Shown one piece after another: positions 44,900 to 45,023 of a stretch of 45,023 bases of DNA. The position numbers were made by a program, and so were the translations under genes. The notes under the pieces were generated by a model. It saw nothing but the letters and a program-made list of their open reading frames with translations. It was not told where the DNA came from and did no database searches. Each line of letters begins with the position of its first letter. The first letter of the stretch is position 1. Source of the stretch: a bacterium (GTDB lineage Bacteria > Bacteroidota > Ignavibacteria > UBA10030); the NCBI GenBank assembly GCA_043803945.1, contig JAZDJN010000103.1, positions 1-45,023 on the forward strand, written 5' to 3'.

Positions 44900-45023
44900 C
44901 ACTTCTTGCATCGAAAAATTCCTGGACAACACCATATGTTTTCGGTTTATGTTCTTTGGAGTCACAAGCTTCAGAAACGCTATGTCGGCGCAACCGAGGA
45001 TCTCCAGGAGCGGCTTCGACAAC

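Noticed and set aside
44757-45022. Minus-strand ORFs at the right edge
   Set aside because: They overlap tRNA-Ser antisense, and no product is recognisable in the 120 bp beyond the tRNA.

Overview
Mostly core-genome window from an FCB-group bacterium. Gene content and protein style suggest Ignavibacteria/Chlorobi; this is an inference, not a database result. Nearly all genes are on the minus strand. The left end (1-~2900) is the edge of an integrative element at tRNA-Lys(CTT). It holds a tyrosine integrase, a secreted beta-propeller gene apparently cut by an IS701-like element, and a duplicated tRNA 3' end with hairpins. The core part has secG, ribE/ribD, a DUF62 SAM hydrolase, dxs, xseAB, bshB1, and a cytochrome c maturation operon (ccmABCDE, CxxxY-type CcmE) whose ccmF is reduced to fused N- and C-terminal stubs. 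It continues with bamD, htpX, a lemA/TPM cluster split by aroF and a kinase plus two receivers, thiolase-hbd-acyl-CoA dehydrogenase, rho, folC, pyrDK, a TPR lipoprotein and a Met/Gln-rich Spy/CpxP-like protein. Near the right end are a translationally coupled PTPS-II/folE/SDR/SDR operon that looks like tetrahydrobiopterin synthesis, a decaying oxidative-stress locus (SOD 5' remnant, intact peroxiredoxin, BCP 3' remnant), a YaiO-like barrel and tRNA-Ser(CGA). Several short, sometimes nested REP-like palindromes lie in intergenic regions. All family calls rest on motif recognition by eye.
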